Shown here: positions 1 to 10,926 of the stretch, piece after piece | Numbering within the stretch: position 1 is the first letter of the stretch | Layout: every line of letters begins with the position of its first letter | Assembly (NCBI GenBank): GCA_900544965.1 | Contig: UQXE01000002.1 | Location: 15,385 to 79,384 of the forward strand | Direction: 5' to 3' | DNA length: 64,000 bases | Source of the DNA: an uncultured Eubacteriales bacterium | GTDB taxonomy: Bacteria; Bacillota; Clostridia; Christensenellales; CAG-138 | The notes under the pieces: generated by a model | The model's database searches: none | The model's input: only the letters and a program-made list of their open reading frames with translations | Told to the model about the DNA's origin: nothing | Made by a program: the position numbers and the translations under genes

Positions 1-183
1 ATGGAGGGATTCTATTCGCGGCTCTACCACGCCCAGTTTGAATAATGTATGAAGCGGGAGAGCCTGAATTTGATAATTAACGCGATGAAAAGGGGTCGCA
101 TTTAGGCGGTAATAGCTGAATAACCGTGGGCTTGCAGACGATTACGATCCACAGCGCTTTGTCTTTGACTTAAGCGCGTTAAA

Positions 184-870
184 TTACTGTATCTCTGTTG
201 GAATGAGGTTAAGCATATCCTCCTCATTTGCCACATTCGTATATACCTGGGGAACGTCGCCCACGATCACGCCTTCGGCCACGGCTATTTCAGCGCTTAC
301 CATTATATCCTCCCAAACGCTTGGCAAAATCAGCTTAAGAGAAGCTGTGAGCCTTACTTTTACCCTGTATAGCGTCTGATTAATTCCAGCCGATTTGAGT
401 TCAGATTTAAATTCGCTTACCACGCTTCCGGCAGGCTCAAATTTTACCCTGATGTCAGGCCCTACTCCGGCTAAGAATGGAATATTGGTCAACGTCCCAA
501 TCGGGATGGCGATGCCCTGCTCCCCGATCTCCGCAATCCGCTTCTGGGCCGCCTCGCTGCTGGACGCGGCGAGGGTATTCATTTTAACGGTATCCGCGTG
601 GAGCATGTATACATTGCTGGAAGTATTGTTCATTGATATAAGCTGGGCGTACACTTCGTCTTTGGACATCGACTCAAGTATTGACTCGTTTAGCGCTGTA
701 GATGTTAAGGCGGTTACCCTAGCTTCCGCGAGGGAAAGCGCCGCTGGGTTCATGTTTATTCCCACGGAAACGAATATAGCCGCAAACACGACAACCAGAA
801 ATACAAGCACTATAAGCAGTCGTTTCTTGATATAGCGCCATTGGCGATGCTTTCTTTTTCTGGTTTCCAT
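184..870 (-). CDS. yunB: sporulation protein YunB-like (membrane-anchored)
   Basis: 228-aa ORF. Basic N-terminus plus one TM helix (LLIVLVFLVVVFAAIFV), then a YunB-type pattern (IPIGTL..PFLAGVGPDI.V.F.P.G.V..EF.SE..SAGINQT.Y.V.V). Recognised from memory of the family. Confidence 0.65.
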   Translation of the reverse strand: METRKRKHRQWRYIKKRLLIVLVFLVVVFAAIFVSVGINMNPAALSLAEARVTALTSTALNESILESMSKDEVYAQLISMNNTSSNVYMLHADTVKMNTLAASSSEAAQKRIAEIGEQGIAIPIGTLTNIPFLAGVGPDIRVKFEPAGSVVSEFKSELKSAGINQTLYRVKVRLTASLKLILPSVWEDIMVSAEIAVAEGVIVGDVPQVYTNVANEEDMLNLIPTEIQ

Positions 871-990
871 GCTGCCTCCATACGGCTGTGCCGGGCATTA
901 GGATGTATCATCATTATATGCTTAAAGAACCATAAACGATACAAAAAATTGCTCCCTTGGCATAACCAAAGGAGCAGGGGCGTGCAAATA

Positions 991-2205
991 TCAGGCCGCC
1001 ATCCGTTTCACTATACCCAGAAGGATGTCAACGGTCCTTTCCATTGACTGAACCGGTATATATTCATATCTGCCGTGAAAATTTTCCCCTCCTGTACAGA
1101 GATTTGGACAGGGAAGACCCATAAACGAAAGCCGCGCACCGTCGGTTCCGCCACGTACGGGCGTAATAATAGGCTCTATCCCCAAACCGCGCATAACAGC
1201 GCACGCGCTATCGATCAGGTGCATATGCGGAAGCAGCTTTTCTTTCATATTATAGTATGAATCGTTAATATCTATATCCAAAGTGCCTTTTCCATATCTT
1301 GTATTGATGTACTCGGCTCCTAGCTTCATAAGTTCTTTCATATGCTCAAACTTACGCCTATCGTGATCACGAATTATATACTCCATCCTTGTGCTTTCAA
1401 CACATCCCTCAAAGGAGGTAAGATGGATAAACCCTTCATATCCATCGGTATACTCGGGCCTGGCGGCTGAAGGAAGCATATCGTTGTATTCATGGGCTAC
1501 ATGAATGGAATTTACCATCTTTCCCTTTGCCTCGCCCGGATGTATTCCACGGCCGTTTATTTTAATTTTTACTCCGGCAGCGTTAAAGTTCTCATATTCA
1601 ATCGAGCCTAGCTCACCTCCGTCAACCGTATATGCATAATCCGCGCCAAATCCCTCTACATCGAACATATCCGCGCCTCTTCCTACTTCTTCGTCGGGGG
1701 TGAAGCCAATGCATATATCGCCATGCCTGATTTCGGGGCTGTTCATAAGTATTTCAGCAAGCGTCATTATCTCGGCTATTCCCGCCTTATCATCTGCCCC
1801 CAGCAGCGTAGTACCGTCGGTAACGATTAAGTCCTGTCCAACATATTTTTCAAGAGATGGAAAATCCGATGGCGAGAGCACCGTATTTTCATTAAGCTCT
1901 ATATCAGTTCCGTCGTAATGCTTTACAATACGGGGGCGAACGTTCGCCCCCGGCGCGTCCGGAGAGGTATCCATGTGCGCTATAAAGCCCAGAACGGGAA
2001 TGCCGTCGGCATTGGCTTCAATTCTTGCATATACATATCCATGTTCATCCATACGCGCATTTTTAATTCCCATGGCCTTCAGCTCTCCTACAAGCGCCTC
2101 AGCAAGCAGCTTTTGCTTGTCCGTGCTGGGAATTGCATCCTGATCATGCATTGATGCCGTATCAAAGGATACATATTTTAAAAAGCGTTCCACTACAGTT
2201 TTCAT
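991..2205 (-). CDS. pepT: peptidase T (tripeptide aminopeptidase, M20 family)
   Basis: 404-aa ORF. N-terminus [16 protein letters not shown] is typical of PepT. M20 metal-binding motifs are present (HMDTSPD, GADDKAG, PDEEVG). Confidence 0.9.
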   Translation of the reverse strand: MKTVVERFLKYVSFDTASMHDQDAIPSTDKQKLLAEALVGELKAMGIKNARMDEHGYVYARIEANADGIPVLGFIAHMDTSPDAPGANVRPRIVKHYDGTDIELNENTVLSPSDFPSLEKYVGQDLIVTDGTTLLGADDKAGIAEIMTLAEILMNSPEIRHGDICIGFTPDEEVGRGADMFDVEGFGADYAYTVDGGELGSIEYENFNAAGVKIKINGRGIHPGEAKGKMVNSIHVAHEYNDMLPSAARPEYTDGYEGFIHLTSFEGCVESTRMEYIIRDHDRRKFEHMKELMKLGAEYINTRYGKGTLDIDINDSYYNMKEKLLPHMHLIDSACAVMRGLGIEPIITPVRGGTDGARLSFMGLPCPNLCTGGENFHGRYEYIPVQSMERTVDILLGIVKRMAA

Positions 2206-2377
2206 GATATCCGGCTCCTTTAAATTTTTAATAACGCTATTATATCATGTACGGCTGATTTGATATAGAAGCGCCAGCACCAAATAAGTTAGAATTGATT
2301 CAACGGGCGATAGTTTTATTTTCAATGGATATGTGGTAGAATCAATAGGTTGAGTATGAATAGTGGAGGTAAGATGA

Positions 2378-3256
2378 ATGTTATACAGCATGACTGGATT
2401 TGGTCGTGCAACGGCTGAGGAGGATGGCCGCAAGTTAACCGTTGAATTAAAAAGCGTGAATCACAGGTATCTTGATTTATCGTTCAGAATGTCCAAGCAC
2501 ATAGCGTTTGTTGAAGACGCATTGCGCGCCTATATCGGCTCCCAGATATCAAGGGGTCATTTGGAAGTCACCGTCTCTTACAGAAACTATAGAAACGACG
2601 CACGTATTGTAACTGTAGATACGGCTCTTCTGGCGGCTTATTTATGTTCCGCAAGAGCCGCATGCTCGGAACTGGATATCTCAGACGACCTTGCGCTGTC
2701 AAGCGCACTCAGGCTCCCAGACGTCACCACAATAACCGAGGAGGACGAGGACAGGGAAGCCGTCACCAGGCTTGCTCTTATAGCCATTGAAAATGCACTT
2801 TGCGAGCTTAAGTCCATGCGCAAAGCCGAGGGCGCCAGACTGAGCGATTCGCTTGAGCACTGTATCAAAAATGTAGAGCAAATAGAAAAAGTTATTGAAG
2901 ATCGATCTCCGGCTGTTGTTGAGGAATATCGCGAGAAGCTTCAAGACAGGATCGCAATGCTTTTAGGCGACGTTAAGCTGGACGAAGCCAGGCTGGCGGT
3001 CGAAGTGGCGATATTTGCCGATAAAGCAAGCATACATGAAGAAATTGACAGGATAAAGAGCCACATAAAGGAATTTTACGGCATGCTTCTAAGCAGCGTA
3101 CCCGTTGGAAGAAGGCTTGACTTCCTTGTACAGGAGCTAAACAGGGAATTTAATACGATAGGATCAAAAGCGAATGATTCGGGTATCGCGGCAAACGTAA
3201 TAATGGCCAAAGCTGAGATAGAAAAGCTGCGCGAGCAAATTCAGAACATAGAGTAA
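2378..3256 (+). CDS. yicC: YicC/YloC family stress-induced protein
   Basis: 292 aa. Family-typical start ML.SMTGFGRA and conserved C-terminus (LDFLVQELNREFNTIGSKA). GGAGG lies 8 nt upstream of the ATG. Confidence 0.85.
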   Translation: MLYSMTGFGRATAEEDGRKLTVELKSVNHRYLDLSFRMSKHIAFVEDALRAYIGSQISRGHLEVTVSYRNYRNDARIVTVDTALLAAYLCSARAACSELDISDDLALSSALRLPDVTTITEEDEDREAVTRLALIAIENALCELKSMRKAEGARLSDSLEHCIKNVEQIEKVIEDRSPAVVEEYREKLQDRIAMLLGDVKLDEARLAVEVAIFADKASIHEEIDRIKSHIKEFYGMLLSSVPVGRRLDFLVQELNREFNTIGSKANDSGIAANVIMAKAEIEKLREQIQNIE

Positions 3257-3274
3257 CGCCTGGAGGACATAAAG

Positions 3275-3544
3275 ATGAAATCAATGCTGTTGAACGTAGG
3301 ATTTGGCAATATGGTCGCCGTTGGCAGGCTGATAGCTATAGCTTCGCCGGACAGTTCTCCGATAAAGCGCATAATACAGGACGCTAGGGAGCGAAACGCG
3401 GTGATTGACGCGACACACGGCAGGCGCACTAGAGCTGTTGTGGTTATGGACAGCGGACATATAGTTCTCTGCGCGCTTCAAACCGAAACGCTTGCAAACA
3501 GGCTTAACGCCAATAGCATTGAAGAACTCAGTGCGCAGGCATAA
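3275..3544 (+). CDS. remA: RemA/YlzA (DUF370) biofilm regulator
   Basis: 89 aa. [50 protein letters not shown] matches the highly conserved RemA sequence. Canonical position upstream of gmk. Confidence 0.85.
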   Translation: MKSMLLNVGFGNMVAVGRLIAIASPDSSPIKRIIQDARERNAVIDATHGRRTRAVVVMDSGHIVLCALQTETLANRLNANSIEELSAQA

Positions 3545-3577
3545 AGTGAAAAGGCAATAAATTCTGGAGGTTATATA

Positions 3578-4225
3578 ATGCAAAAGAGCAGAAACGGTCT
3601 TCTTCTGGTCATTTCTGGGCCTTCCGGCGTTGGCAAGGGAACCATTTGCGATGGGATTCTGGATAGAAGCCCCAACGCCAGACTGTCTATATCGGCAACG
3701 ACGAGGCCAATGAGGCAGAATGAAATAGACGGGGTCGATTATTTTTTTAAATCATATGAGGAATTCGACAGGATGATAAAGAACAACGAGTTCCTTGAGT
3801 ACATGCATGTATTCGGCACCAACTACTATGGAACCCCAAAGGCGTATGTCGAGGATGAACGCAGGCAGGGGCACGATATAATACTTGAAATTGACGTACA
3901 GGGCGCTATGAAGGTAAAGGAGGTATGTCCTGACGCGATTTGTATTTTTATTGCTCCTCCGTCAATGAGCGATATCAAAACCCGGCTTATAGGGAGAGGA
4001 ACTGAAAGCGACGCGGCGATTGAGCGGAGGTATTCCGTAGCTTTTGAAGAGATGAAGAGCATGGATAGATACGACTATGTGGTTGTAAACGATATTATTG
4101 ATAAAGCGGTAAGTACCGTTTGTAACATTATTGACGCGGAACGGTGCCGAATGGCACGAAATGGAGAATTATTGGAAAAATTCAGGAAGGAGCTAAAAGG
4201 AAATGATGAATTACCCGCCGATTGA
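3578..4225 (+). CDS. gmk: guanylate kinase
   Basis: P-loop GPSGVGKGT, then TTR and the DYFF..EEF..MI....FLEY motifs. Conserved remA-gmk-rpoZ order. Confidence 0.93.
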   Translation: MQKSRNGLLLVISGPSGVGKGTICDGILDRSPNARLSISATTRPMRQNEIDGVDYFFKSYEEFDRMIKNNEFLEYMHVFGTNYYGTPKAYVEDERRQGHDIILEIDVQGAMKVKEVCPDAICIFIAPPSMSDIKTRLIGRGTESDAAIERRYSVAFEEMKSMDRYDYVVVNDIIDKAVSTVCNIIDAERCRMARNGELLEKFRKELKGNDELPAD

Positions 4226-4409
4226 CGAGCTTATTGAAAAGGCAGGAAGCCGATACGCGTTGGTGACAGCGGTTTCTAAGAGGGCGCGAGGGATGATGGA
4301 GGTAAAGGAAGAGTCCAATGGGGATAAACCCGTTTCGGAAGCGGTTATGGAACTCTATGAAGGAAAGCTGATAATTAAAAACGACGTCGATTCCGGATAT
4401 TCGGAGTAA
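4203..4409 (+). CDS. rpoZ: DNA-directed RNA polymerase subunit omega
   Basis: 68 aa. SRYALVTAVSKRAR motif. Overlaps the end of gmk, as in many Firmicutes. Confidence 0.85.
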   Translation: MMNYPPIDELIEKAGSRYALVTAVSKRARGMMEVKEESNGDKPVSEAVMELYEGKLIIKNDVDSGYSE

Positions 4410-4421
4410 TAGGGCAAAGTC

Positions 4422-5624
4422 ATGAGCAAGTGTGTGGTATTGGGAATAACGGGGTCGATAGCGGCGTATAAGGCTGCTGAGATTACAAGCCGGCTTAAAA
4501 AGAATGGTGTGGACGTACGCATTATCCTTACAAAAGCAGGCGCGGAATTTATAACTCCCTTAACGCTTGAAACGTTGAGCGCTAATCCTGTTGTAACAGA
4601 TATGTTTCTGCGCGACACTCCATGGGAGGTAGAGCATATCTCTCTCGCGAAGAGGGCAGATGCGTTTCTAGTAGCGCCCGCTACCGCCAATTTCATAGGA
4701 AAGTACGCTTCAGGCATTGCTGACGACATGCTGACTACCACCATCATGGCTGCCGTATGCCCTGTATTGATTGCTCCTGCGATGAATGTAAATATGTATG
4801 ATAGCGACGCCAATAAGAGCAATATGGAATTGTTAAAGCGGCGGGGATGCATGTTCATTGAACCGGACGAGGGGCTTTTAGCCTGCGGCGACGTTGGAAA
4901 GGGAAGGCTTGCGGATCCAGCTAAAATCGTTGATATTGTAATGCGGGCGTTGTACCCAAAGCGCGACCTTGAGGGCATACGCATCCTGGTTACCGCCGGC
5001 CCGACGCGTGAGGAGATAGACCCTGTCAGATATATCACAAACCATTCGAGCGGCAAGATGGGTTTCTGCATTGCACAGGCGGCGGCAAGAAGAGGCGCGG
5101 ACGTAACCCTGATATCGGGACCGGTCGCGCTCAGAACTCCAGATGGGGTTAAAAGAGTAGATATAGTATCTTCTAGCGAACTGTACGACGCGGTAAATTC
5201 GCATTATGATAATTGCGACATCCTTATTATGGCCGCGGCTCCGGCGGACTTTACTCCAAGCAGCAGGGCTGTACATAAGATAAAGAAGCGGGATATGGAA
5301 AGGATGAGCTTGGAGCTACTGCCCGAAAGGGACATTTTGGCATCGATGGGGGCTAAAAAGGGGGAAAGAGTTCTGATTGGTTTCGCGGCGGAAACGGAAA
5401 ACCTTTTAGAGAACGCTGTGCTAAAACTTGAGAAAAAACACCTTGATATGATAGTCGCAAATGATATAAACGCTCCAGGCGCGGGTTTTCAATCCGATAC
5501 AAACTCCGTAACCCTGATTCTCAGCAGCGGGACGGTTAAAGACAGCGGCCTTCTTAGCAAGGTGGGCGTCGCGGATTGGCTGCTTGACGAAACCGTTGAT
5601 TATATTGCTTCAAAAAGGCAATAA
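4422..5624 (+). CDS. coaBC: bifunctional phosphopantothenoylcysteine decarboxylase / phosphopantothenate-cysteine ligase
   Basis: 400 aa. N-terminal flavoprotein domain (GITGSIAAYKA, PATANFIGK). C-terminal CoaB domain (TAGPTRE.IDPVRYI.N.SSGKMG, AAAPADF). Confidence 0.93.
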   Translation: MSKCVVLGITGSIAAYKAAEITSRLKKNGVDVRIILTKAGAEFITPLTLETLSANPVVTDMFLRDTPWEVEHISLAKRADAFLVAPATANFIGKYASGIADDMLTTTIMAAVCPVLIAPAMNVNMYDSDANKSNMELLKRRGCMFIEPDEGLLACGDVGKGRLADPAKIVDIVMRALYPKRDLEGIRILVTAGPTREEIDPVRYITNHSSGKMGFCIAQAAARRGADVTLISGPVALRTPDGVKRVDIVSSSELYDAVNSHYDNCDILIMAAAPADFTPSSRAVHKIKKRDMERMSLELLPERDILASMGAKKGERVLIGFAAETENLLENAVLKLEKKHLDMIVANDINAPGAGFQSDTNSVTLILSSGTVKDSGLLSKVGVADWLLDETVDYIASKRQ

Positions 5625-5713
5625 ACCATTTGGGGGTTATTGTATAATTCTTAAATAAAAGATGCTTTTTTTAAGAAACATGTTAGCATTGCCTGGGAAA
5701 AGTATTTCAATAT

Positions 5714-5734
5714 AAGCGGCGCGAAGCCGCTTTT
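5714..5734 (+). terminator. candidate intrinsic terminator after coaBC
   Basis: AAGCGGC-gcgaa-GCCGCTT stem followed by TTTT. A competing stem (GCGCGAA/TTCGCGC, 5719-5739) overlaps it. Confidence 0.35.
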
Positions 5735-5756
5735 CGCGCTGATGAGGAATTGACTG

Positions 5757-8021
5757 ATGATAGCAAACGTTTCAGTGGATATTGCCCACTCGAATATAGA
5801 CAGGCTTTTTAGCTATATCGTGCCTGAGGACATGGATGTGAGCGCAGGGCACAGGGTGCTAGTCCCCTTCGGCGCGGGAAACAGAAAGACCGAGGGTTTT
5901 GTTATCGGCCTTGACTATGAGGTTCAAAGCGCACAGGGCAGCCTAAAGCAAATTATACGAACGCTGGAGCCATATACGGTTCTTTTGCCGGATCAGCTGG
6001 AACTCGCAAAGTGGATGGTTAAAAACTATAAATGCCTTCTTGTTGAGGCGCTGAGAGTGATGATACCGGCCCAGCTGCGTGGAGGCCGTGTTAAAGAGAA
6101 ACGCATACGCACCGTAAGGCTTGCGGACGGAATAGACATCGACGCGGTTATAAGCAAAATGTATTCAAAAAACGGCAAGCTCAAATCCGCGGTTCAATAC
6201 GAGATCGTCGATATGCTGCAAAAAGCCGGATGCGAAATGAGCGTTAAGGATATTTGCGGCTTTATTCCTGGCGCTCAAAGCGCGATAAGTTCGCTTTTGC
6301 GTAAGGGCGTGCTGGAGGAGGACGGAAGGACCGTATATCGTCAGCCATATATGGATGAGGTCGCGGTAACGCAGCCCCTTTCTATGACGCCGGCCCAGGA
6401 AACAGCCCTGAGCGAGATAATCTCGGCAATCGACAGCAGGCACGGAAGCTACCTTTTGCATGGAGTAACCGGAAGCGGCAAAACTGAGGTGTATATGCAG
6501 GCGATTTCGCATGCGTTATCCGCCGGTGGAACCGCCATTGTCTTAGTTCCGGAGATATCCCTTACTCCTCAGACGGTTGACCGGTTTAGAGGCAGGTTTG
6601 GCGACCGCGTAGCCGTGCTGCACAGCCGCCTTAGCCCGGGCGAAAGGTTTGACGAGTGGAGAAGGATAAGGCTTGGACGGGTAAGCGTGGTGGTAGGGGC
6701 AAGAAGCGCCTTATTTGCGCCGCTAGAAAATATTCGCCTTATAGTTATAGACGAGGAGCATGAACAATCCTACTATTCCGAAACTTCTCCGAGATATAGC
6801 GCTATTGACGTTGCATCGCATAGATGCTCTTTAAATGGGGCGGCGCTCGTGTTGGGAAGCGCCACGCCCGCTCTGAACGACTATTTTAAAGCTATGCGCG
6901 GAAGGCTTACGCTTTTGGAGATGCCGGACAGGATCAGCGGCATACCGATGCCAAGGGTAGAGGTGGTAGACATGCGTAAGGAGTTTTTAAAGGGCAACAG
7001 CAGCATATTCTCCACCTCTTTGTATAATTCGCTCAAAGGGTGCTTAGACCGCGGAGAACAGGCTATATTGTTCATTAACAGACGGGGATACTCCACATTT
7101 GTATCATGCAGGGGCTGCGGCCATGTATTTTCATGCCCCGACTGCGATGTCTCCATGACATACCATAAGCCCGAGGCGTGCATGAAATGCCACTATTGCG
7201 GCAGAATAAGCCGAATTCCTGACAAATGCCCCGAGTGCGGCAAGCCGTATATAAAGTATTTTGGAATCGGGACACAGCAGGTTGAGGAACAGTTCCTTAA
7301 GTACTTCTCAGTATATACGGCCCTGCGTATGGATATGGATACCACTGGAGCAAGAAACGCCCATCAGAGGATACTGAAAGCCTTTGAAAATAAGGAAGCC
7401 CAGGTATTGATCGGCACGCAGATGGTGGCTAAGGGCCTTGATATAAAAAACGTAACGCTGGTTGGAGTAATAGCGGCGGACGCAATGCTGCACATACCCG
7501 ATTTCAGGAGCTGTGAAAGGACGTTTCAGCTTCTTACGCAGGTAGCGGGCAGGGCGGGCAGGCACAAAAAACAGGGGGAGGTCATCATTCAGACATATTC
7601 GCCCGATCATCCCGCCGTTACTTTTGCATCAAAGCACGACTATAAGGGATTTTACGATTATGAGATAGCTCAGAGGAGAGCGTCCCTTTTCCCGCCTTAC
7701 TCAGCATTTATAAGGGTACTGATCTGCACGGAGGAAGAACGCCTGGCCGAAGAGCTGTCGGAGCAATATGCAAATGGAATACGCGAGATTGTGGAAAACA
7801 CCCTTAAAAGCCGCGGAGCCAAATCCAGCGAGGTCTTGCTGATTATGGCGTCCCCCGCTCCGGTTAAAAGGAGACAGGGGATTTACAGGTATCAAGTGCT
7901 TATGAGGTTTGCTCGTACCAGAAATACGCCCGCGCTGGTAGAAGCAATATATGATTATGCGCTGTCAAACAGGCGGGAGGAAATATCGTTTCCCGAGATC
8001 AACCCAATGGACATGTTTTAG
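5757..8021 (+). CDS. priA: primosomal replication restart helicase PriA
   Basis: 754 aa. Walker A GVTGSGKTEVY, DEEH box, and the zinc-binding cysteine cluster (CRGCGHVFSCPDCDVSMTYH...CHYCG...CPECG). Confidence 0.93.
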   Translation: MIANVSVDIAHSNIDRLFSYIVPEDMDVSAGHRVLVPFGAGNRKTEGFVIGLDYEVQSAQGSLKQIIRTLEPYTVLLPDQLELAKWMVKNYKCLLVEALRVMIPAQLRGGRVKEKRIRTVRLADGIDIDAVISKMYSKNGKLKSAVQYEIVDMLQKAGCEMSVKDICGFIPGAQSAISSLLRKGVLEEDGRTVYRQPYMDEVAVTQPLSMTPAQETALSEIISAIDSRHGSYLLHGVTGSGKTEVYMQAISHALSAGGTAIVLVPEISLTPQTVDRFRGRFGDRVAVLHSRLSPGERFDEWRRIRLGRVSVVVGARSALFAPLENIRLIVIDEEHEQSYYSETSPRYSAIDVASHRCSLNGAALVLGSATPALNDYFKAMRGRLTLLEMPDRISGIPMPRVEVVDMRKEFLKGNSSIFSTSLYNSLKGCLDRGEQAILFINRRGYSTFVSCRGCGHVFSCPDCDVSMTYHKPEACMKCHYCGRISRIPDKCPECGKPYIKYFGIGTQQVEEQFLKYFSVYTALRMDMDTTGARNAHQRILKAFENKEAQVLIGTQMVAKGLDIKNVTLVGVIAADAMLHIPDFRSCERTFQLLTQVAGRAGRHKKQGEVIIQTYSPDHPAVTFASKHDYKGFYDYEIAQRRASLFPPYSAFIRVLICTEEERLAEELSEQYANGIREIVENTLKSRGAKSSEVLLIMASPAPVKRRQGIYRYQVLMRFARTRNTPALVEAIYDYALSNRREEISFPEINPMDMF

Positions 8022-8039
8022 TTTATTAAGCGTATACTG

Positions 8040-8750
8040 TTAACCCTGCATTGCGGTTATTTCCTTTCGCAGCTGTTTTATTATACGCTTTTCCAAGCGG
8101 GATATATAGCTTTGAGATATACCCAGCATATCCGCCACCTGTTTTTGGGTATATTCACGGTTGCTGTTTAAGCCAAACCTGAGTTCTACAATACGCTTTT
8201 CCCTGTCGGTAAGCTTCTGCATAGCCGCATGCAAAAGTTCCTTGTCAGCCTGCTCCTCCAGTCCTCTTGATACGGAATCGGAATCGGTTCCCAATATATC
8301 CGACAACAGCAATTCATTTCCATCCCAATCGATGTTAAGCGGTTCATCAAGGGAAACCTCCATTTTGAGTTTACATGTCCGTCTCAGATACATAAGTATT
8401 TCGTTTTCAATACATCTGGAAGCATAGGTCGCGAGTTTGATCTTCTTGCTTGCGTCAAATGTATTTACGGCTTTTATAAGGCCTATTGTTCCAATGGAGA
8501 CAAGATCCTCAATGCCAATGCCGGTGTTTTCAAATTTCCTGGCAATGTAAACGACAAGTCTAAGGTTTCGTTCAATGAGCGTCTGCCTTACATCCGTATC
8601 GCCGACAAGAAGCCGTGCCATGAGTTCCGCTTCCTCTGCAGGGGAGAGCGGTGGAGGAAGGGAATCTCCGGAATTGACATATCCTATCAGGCGGCCAATT
8701 TTAAGCGTACGGTATAATTTTTCCAGAAACTTTGCTAAAAACTTTATCAT
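8040..8750 (-). CDS. sigE: RNA polymerase sporulation sigma factor pro-sigma-E
   Basis: 236 aa. Near-identical blocks to B. subtilis SigE as I remember it ([44 protein letters not shown]...[23 protein letters not shown]). Lies directly downstream of spoIIGA. Confidence 0.9.
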   Translation of the reverse strand: MIKFLAKFLEKLYRTLKIGRLIGYVNSGDSLPPPLSPAEEAELMARLLVGDTDVRQTLIERNLRLVVYIARKFENTGIGIEDLVSIGTIGLIKAVNTFDASKKIKLATYASRCIENEILMYLRRTCKLKMEVSLDEPLNIDWDGNELLLSDILGTDSDSVSRGLEEQADKELLHAAMQKLTDREKRIVELRFGLNSNREYTQKQVADMLGISQSYISRLEKRIIKQLRKEITAMQG

Positions 8751-8761
8751 AGTGTACCTCC

Positions 8762-9559
8762 TTAAACGTCGGCGGTATTGGAATGGCCCAGATCGGGCAA
8801 CGCCGATGGCGGTATAAGAGCGTCCGCACCCTCAATGGAGACAGAGCCAATGGCCACAAAAACATCAAGAACAGCGTTCATTTTTCCTGAAAGCTGAAGC
8901 TTGTCGGGCCGGAACCCATAAACGACCTCGTTTCCCGAAACGGTACGGCATGGTATTGGAATCGTTGCAAAACATTCAAGCTCCCTGGAGCTGATGACCA
9001 CGACAGGAAGACCGCTCATAGGTTCGCATAGCATATTGCCTGTATCCACAATCGCGGACGCGCATATTGAAACACCCTTATGGATTATTTCAATTCGCAG
9101 CCGGCTATTATTGACCAAGCGCCTTTCCAGCACCCTTCTTATGACCCCTGGCATAAACGATGCCAGCAAAGCTGAACCCAGCATAACCCTTAGAGGTACG
9201 GCGGCAAGCACAAATCCATTTTCTAATTTGCCGCCCAGCAGGAATGCCAGACCGACTGCGGCTCCGCCTACCGCAAAGGTTGATAAAAACAGGGCAAGCG
9301 CACTGAACATATACTCCTTCGCTGTTTTAAACGGAATGGCCAAAGCCATTAAAAGACCCAGTACGAGCTTCATTGGCAATGACATAAGAAGCGGCACGGT
9401 CCCAACGGAAAGCGCTGCGTATATTGCACCCAGGACAGAGGCGGCAATCATTCTCCAGCATGGCAAACGTCTTGAGAGCATGGCTGCCGCTGTACGAAGG
9501 ATAAGCGAATTCATTAGCGCGTTATCCAGCAGGAACAGTTCTATATACATATGGTTCAC
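8762..9559 (-). CDS. spoIIGA: sigma-E processing peptidase SpoIIGA
   Basis: 265 aa. About five N-terminal TM segments, then a C-terminal aspartic protease motif (IVDTGNML). Located upstream of sigE. Confidence 0.85.
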   Translation of the reverse strand: MNHMYIELFLLDNALMNSLILRTAAAMLSRRLPCWRMIAASVLGAIYAALSVGTVPLLMSLPMKLVLGLLMALAIPFKTAKEYMFSALALFLSTFAVGGAAVGLAFLLGGKLENGFVLAAVPLRVMLGSALLASFMPGVIRRVLERRLVNNSRLRIEIIHKGVSICASAIVDTGNMLCEPMSGLPVVVISSRELECFATIPIPCRTVSGNEVVYGFRPDKLQLSGKMNAVLDVFVAIGSVSIEGADALIPPSALPDLGHSNTADV

Positions 9560-9632
9560 CCCGACTTATGCCAATATAACATATGATAGGTTGGTCATAT
9601 GTAGAACGAGTGACGTGAATATATGTAGTGTT

Positions 9633-9701
9633 TGGCGAATTAGTAAACCAATCGGACACTTCCAAGATTGTTAATGTACGGCTAATCTGAATATTTCGGC
9701 A
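9633..9701 (-). promoter_or_regulatory. two candidate Spo0A boxes (TGNCGAA) upstream of spoIIGA
   Basis: TGGCGAA at 9633-9639 on the + strand. TGCCGAA at 9701-9695 on the - strand. They lie about 75 and 140 nt upstream of the spoIIGA ATG. These are short consensus matches only. Confidence 0.25.
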
Positions 9702-9746
9702 TACATTTAGAGTATAAAATAACCCGCTTTCGTGTGAGGTAAATAT

Positions 9747-10880
9747 ATGAGTACAAAACGCCGTATAATTTCGTTGATAATGGCTACAGCGATGGTGCTG
9801 TACGTAATATTCATACCACAGTACTTACAGGATCAGCTGGAGCGGGATCCATACAGGGAATGGATCTCGCCGAATGATGAACCGTATTCTGGCATAATAA
9901 ATGTTTGGCATATAGTCGGTTTCAAGCCATACCTTGGTAGCGTAGGGAGCTGGCTTAAGAACCGGGCGCATGTAATCGAGGCCCGCCATTATGGGGTATT
10001 CTTCGAGGTCACAGCAATGACGGTTGAAGAATGCTCGGACAGAATGCAAAAAGGGGAAAAGGCTGATATTTACTCATTTCCATCGGGATGGTGCGCAGCG
10101 GATATGCTTAGGGAGCTTGAATCCGAGACGGAATACAGTCTGATCGGCCGATTGGCCGGCAGCGGCAATAGCGGAGACAAGATATTGGCAGTGCCATACC
10201 TATATTCAGGCTACATGTTGTCTGTCAATACGTCGATTGCTGCGGAAAAAGGCGTTACTATGCCGGATGACCGAATAGCTTCGGTCGATTGGCTGAAAAA
10301 CGCGGTCAAGGAGCTGGATTATAAGCGTGGAAAGAAACAGGAGCATGTATATGGCCTGTCGGGACACAAACAGGTAGCAGCAATGCTGGGTATAAATGGT
10401 GAAATCGCTGAGTATGAACGCTTCAGGGCGCAGGAGGCTTCCATGGCAATCACGGATATACGGGCAGTAGGCGATCATGAAAGGCGCATTGCCGCTGGAA
10501 ATGGATTTTCCTTTGAAATCTGCGCTGTGCCATATTATACGGATCTCATCCAATATATAGGTATAGCGTCGGACATAGAGGATATAAAGGTAAAATACGC
10601 GTTGGAACTTATAGATGTAATATTAAGTGAAAAAGCCCAGAAAGCGCTTGAAACTCTCGGAATGTTCCCTGTAATAGAAACTGAGTCGCCCGTTGAATTT
10701 GAACAGTCGTCCGTAGAGCTGCTTTATAGCAAGATGACCGACCCGGCAATTCCAAATACCTTTGAACTTAACACGGCCAAAGCTGGATTGGATTTAGCTA
10801 TAGAAAGAGCGCTTAAGGGAGATGACGGGGAGCTTAGACAAATTATTAATACACTTGTACCAAACTTTAAAATGGGGTAG
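9747..10880 (+). CDS. hypothetical membrane-anchored extracytoplasmic protein (solute-binding-protein-like?)
   Basis: 377-aa ORF with GAGG 7 nt upstream. N-terminal TM/signal anchor (IISLIMATAMVLYVIFI). The remainder is soluble with no motif I recognise confidently. Confidence 0.5.
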   Translation: MSTKRRIISLIMATAMVLYVIFIPQYLQDQLERDPYREWISPNDEPYSGIINVWHIVGFKPYLGSVGSWLKNRAHVIEARHYGVFFEVTAMTVEECSDRMQKGEKADIYSFPSGWCAADMLRELESETEYSLIGRLAGSGNSGDKILAVPYLYSGYMLSVNTSIAAEKGVTMPDDRIASVDWLKNAVKELDYKRGKKQEHVYGLSGHKQVAAMLGINGEIAEYERFRAQEASMAITDIRAVGDHERRIAAGNGFSFEICAVPYYTDLIQYIGIASDIEDIKVKYALELIDVILSEKAQKALETLGMFPVIETESPVEFEQSSVELLYSKMTDPAIPNTFELNTAKAGLDLAIERALKGDDGELRQIINTLVPNFKMG

Positions 10881-10926
10881 AATTTGATTGTAAGTTATGG
10901 TGCTATTGCCCAAAAAAGGAGTTATA

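Noticed and set aside
1-45. Possible 3' end of a plus-strand CDS (…MEGFYSRLYHAQFE-stop).
   Set aside because: Only 14 codons are visible. It cannot be identified, and it cannot be verified as coding.
4355-5071. 238-aa ORF antisense to coaBC. Similar long antisense ORFs occur at 8994-9674, 10794-11558, 33070-33585, 49468-50358, 57298-57885 and 62195-62728.
   Set aside because: All lie fully inside strongly supported genes on the opposite strand. They have low-complexity Ser/Pro/Ala/Arg-rich translations, no RBS and no recognisable motifs, so they are shadow ORFs.
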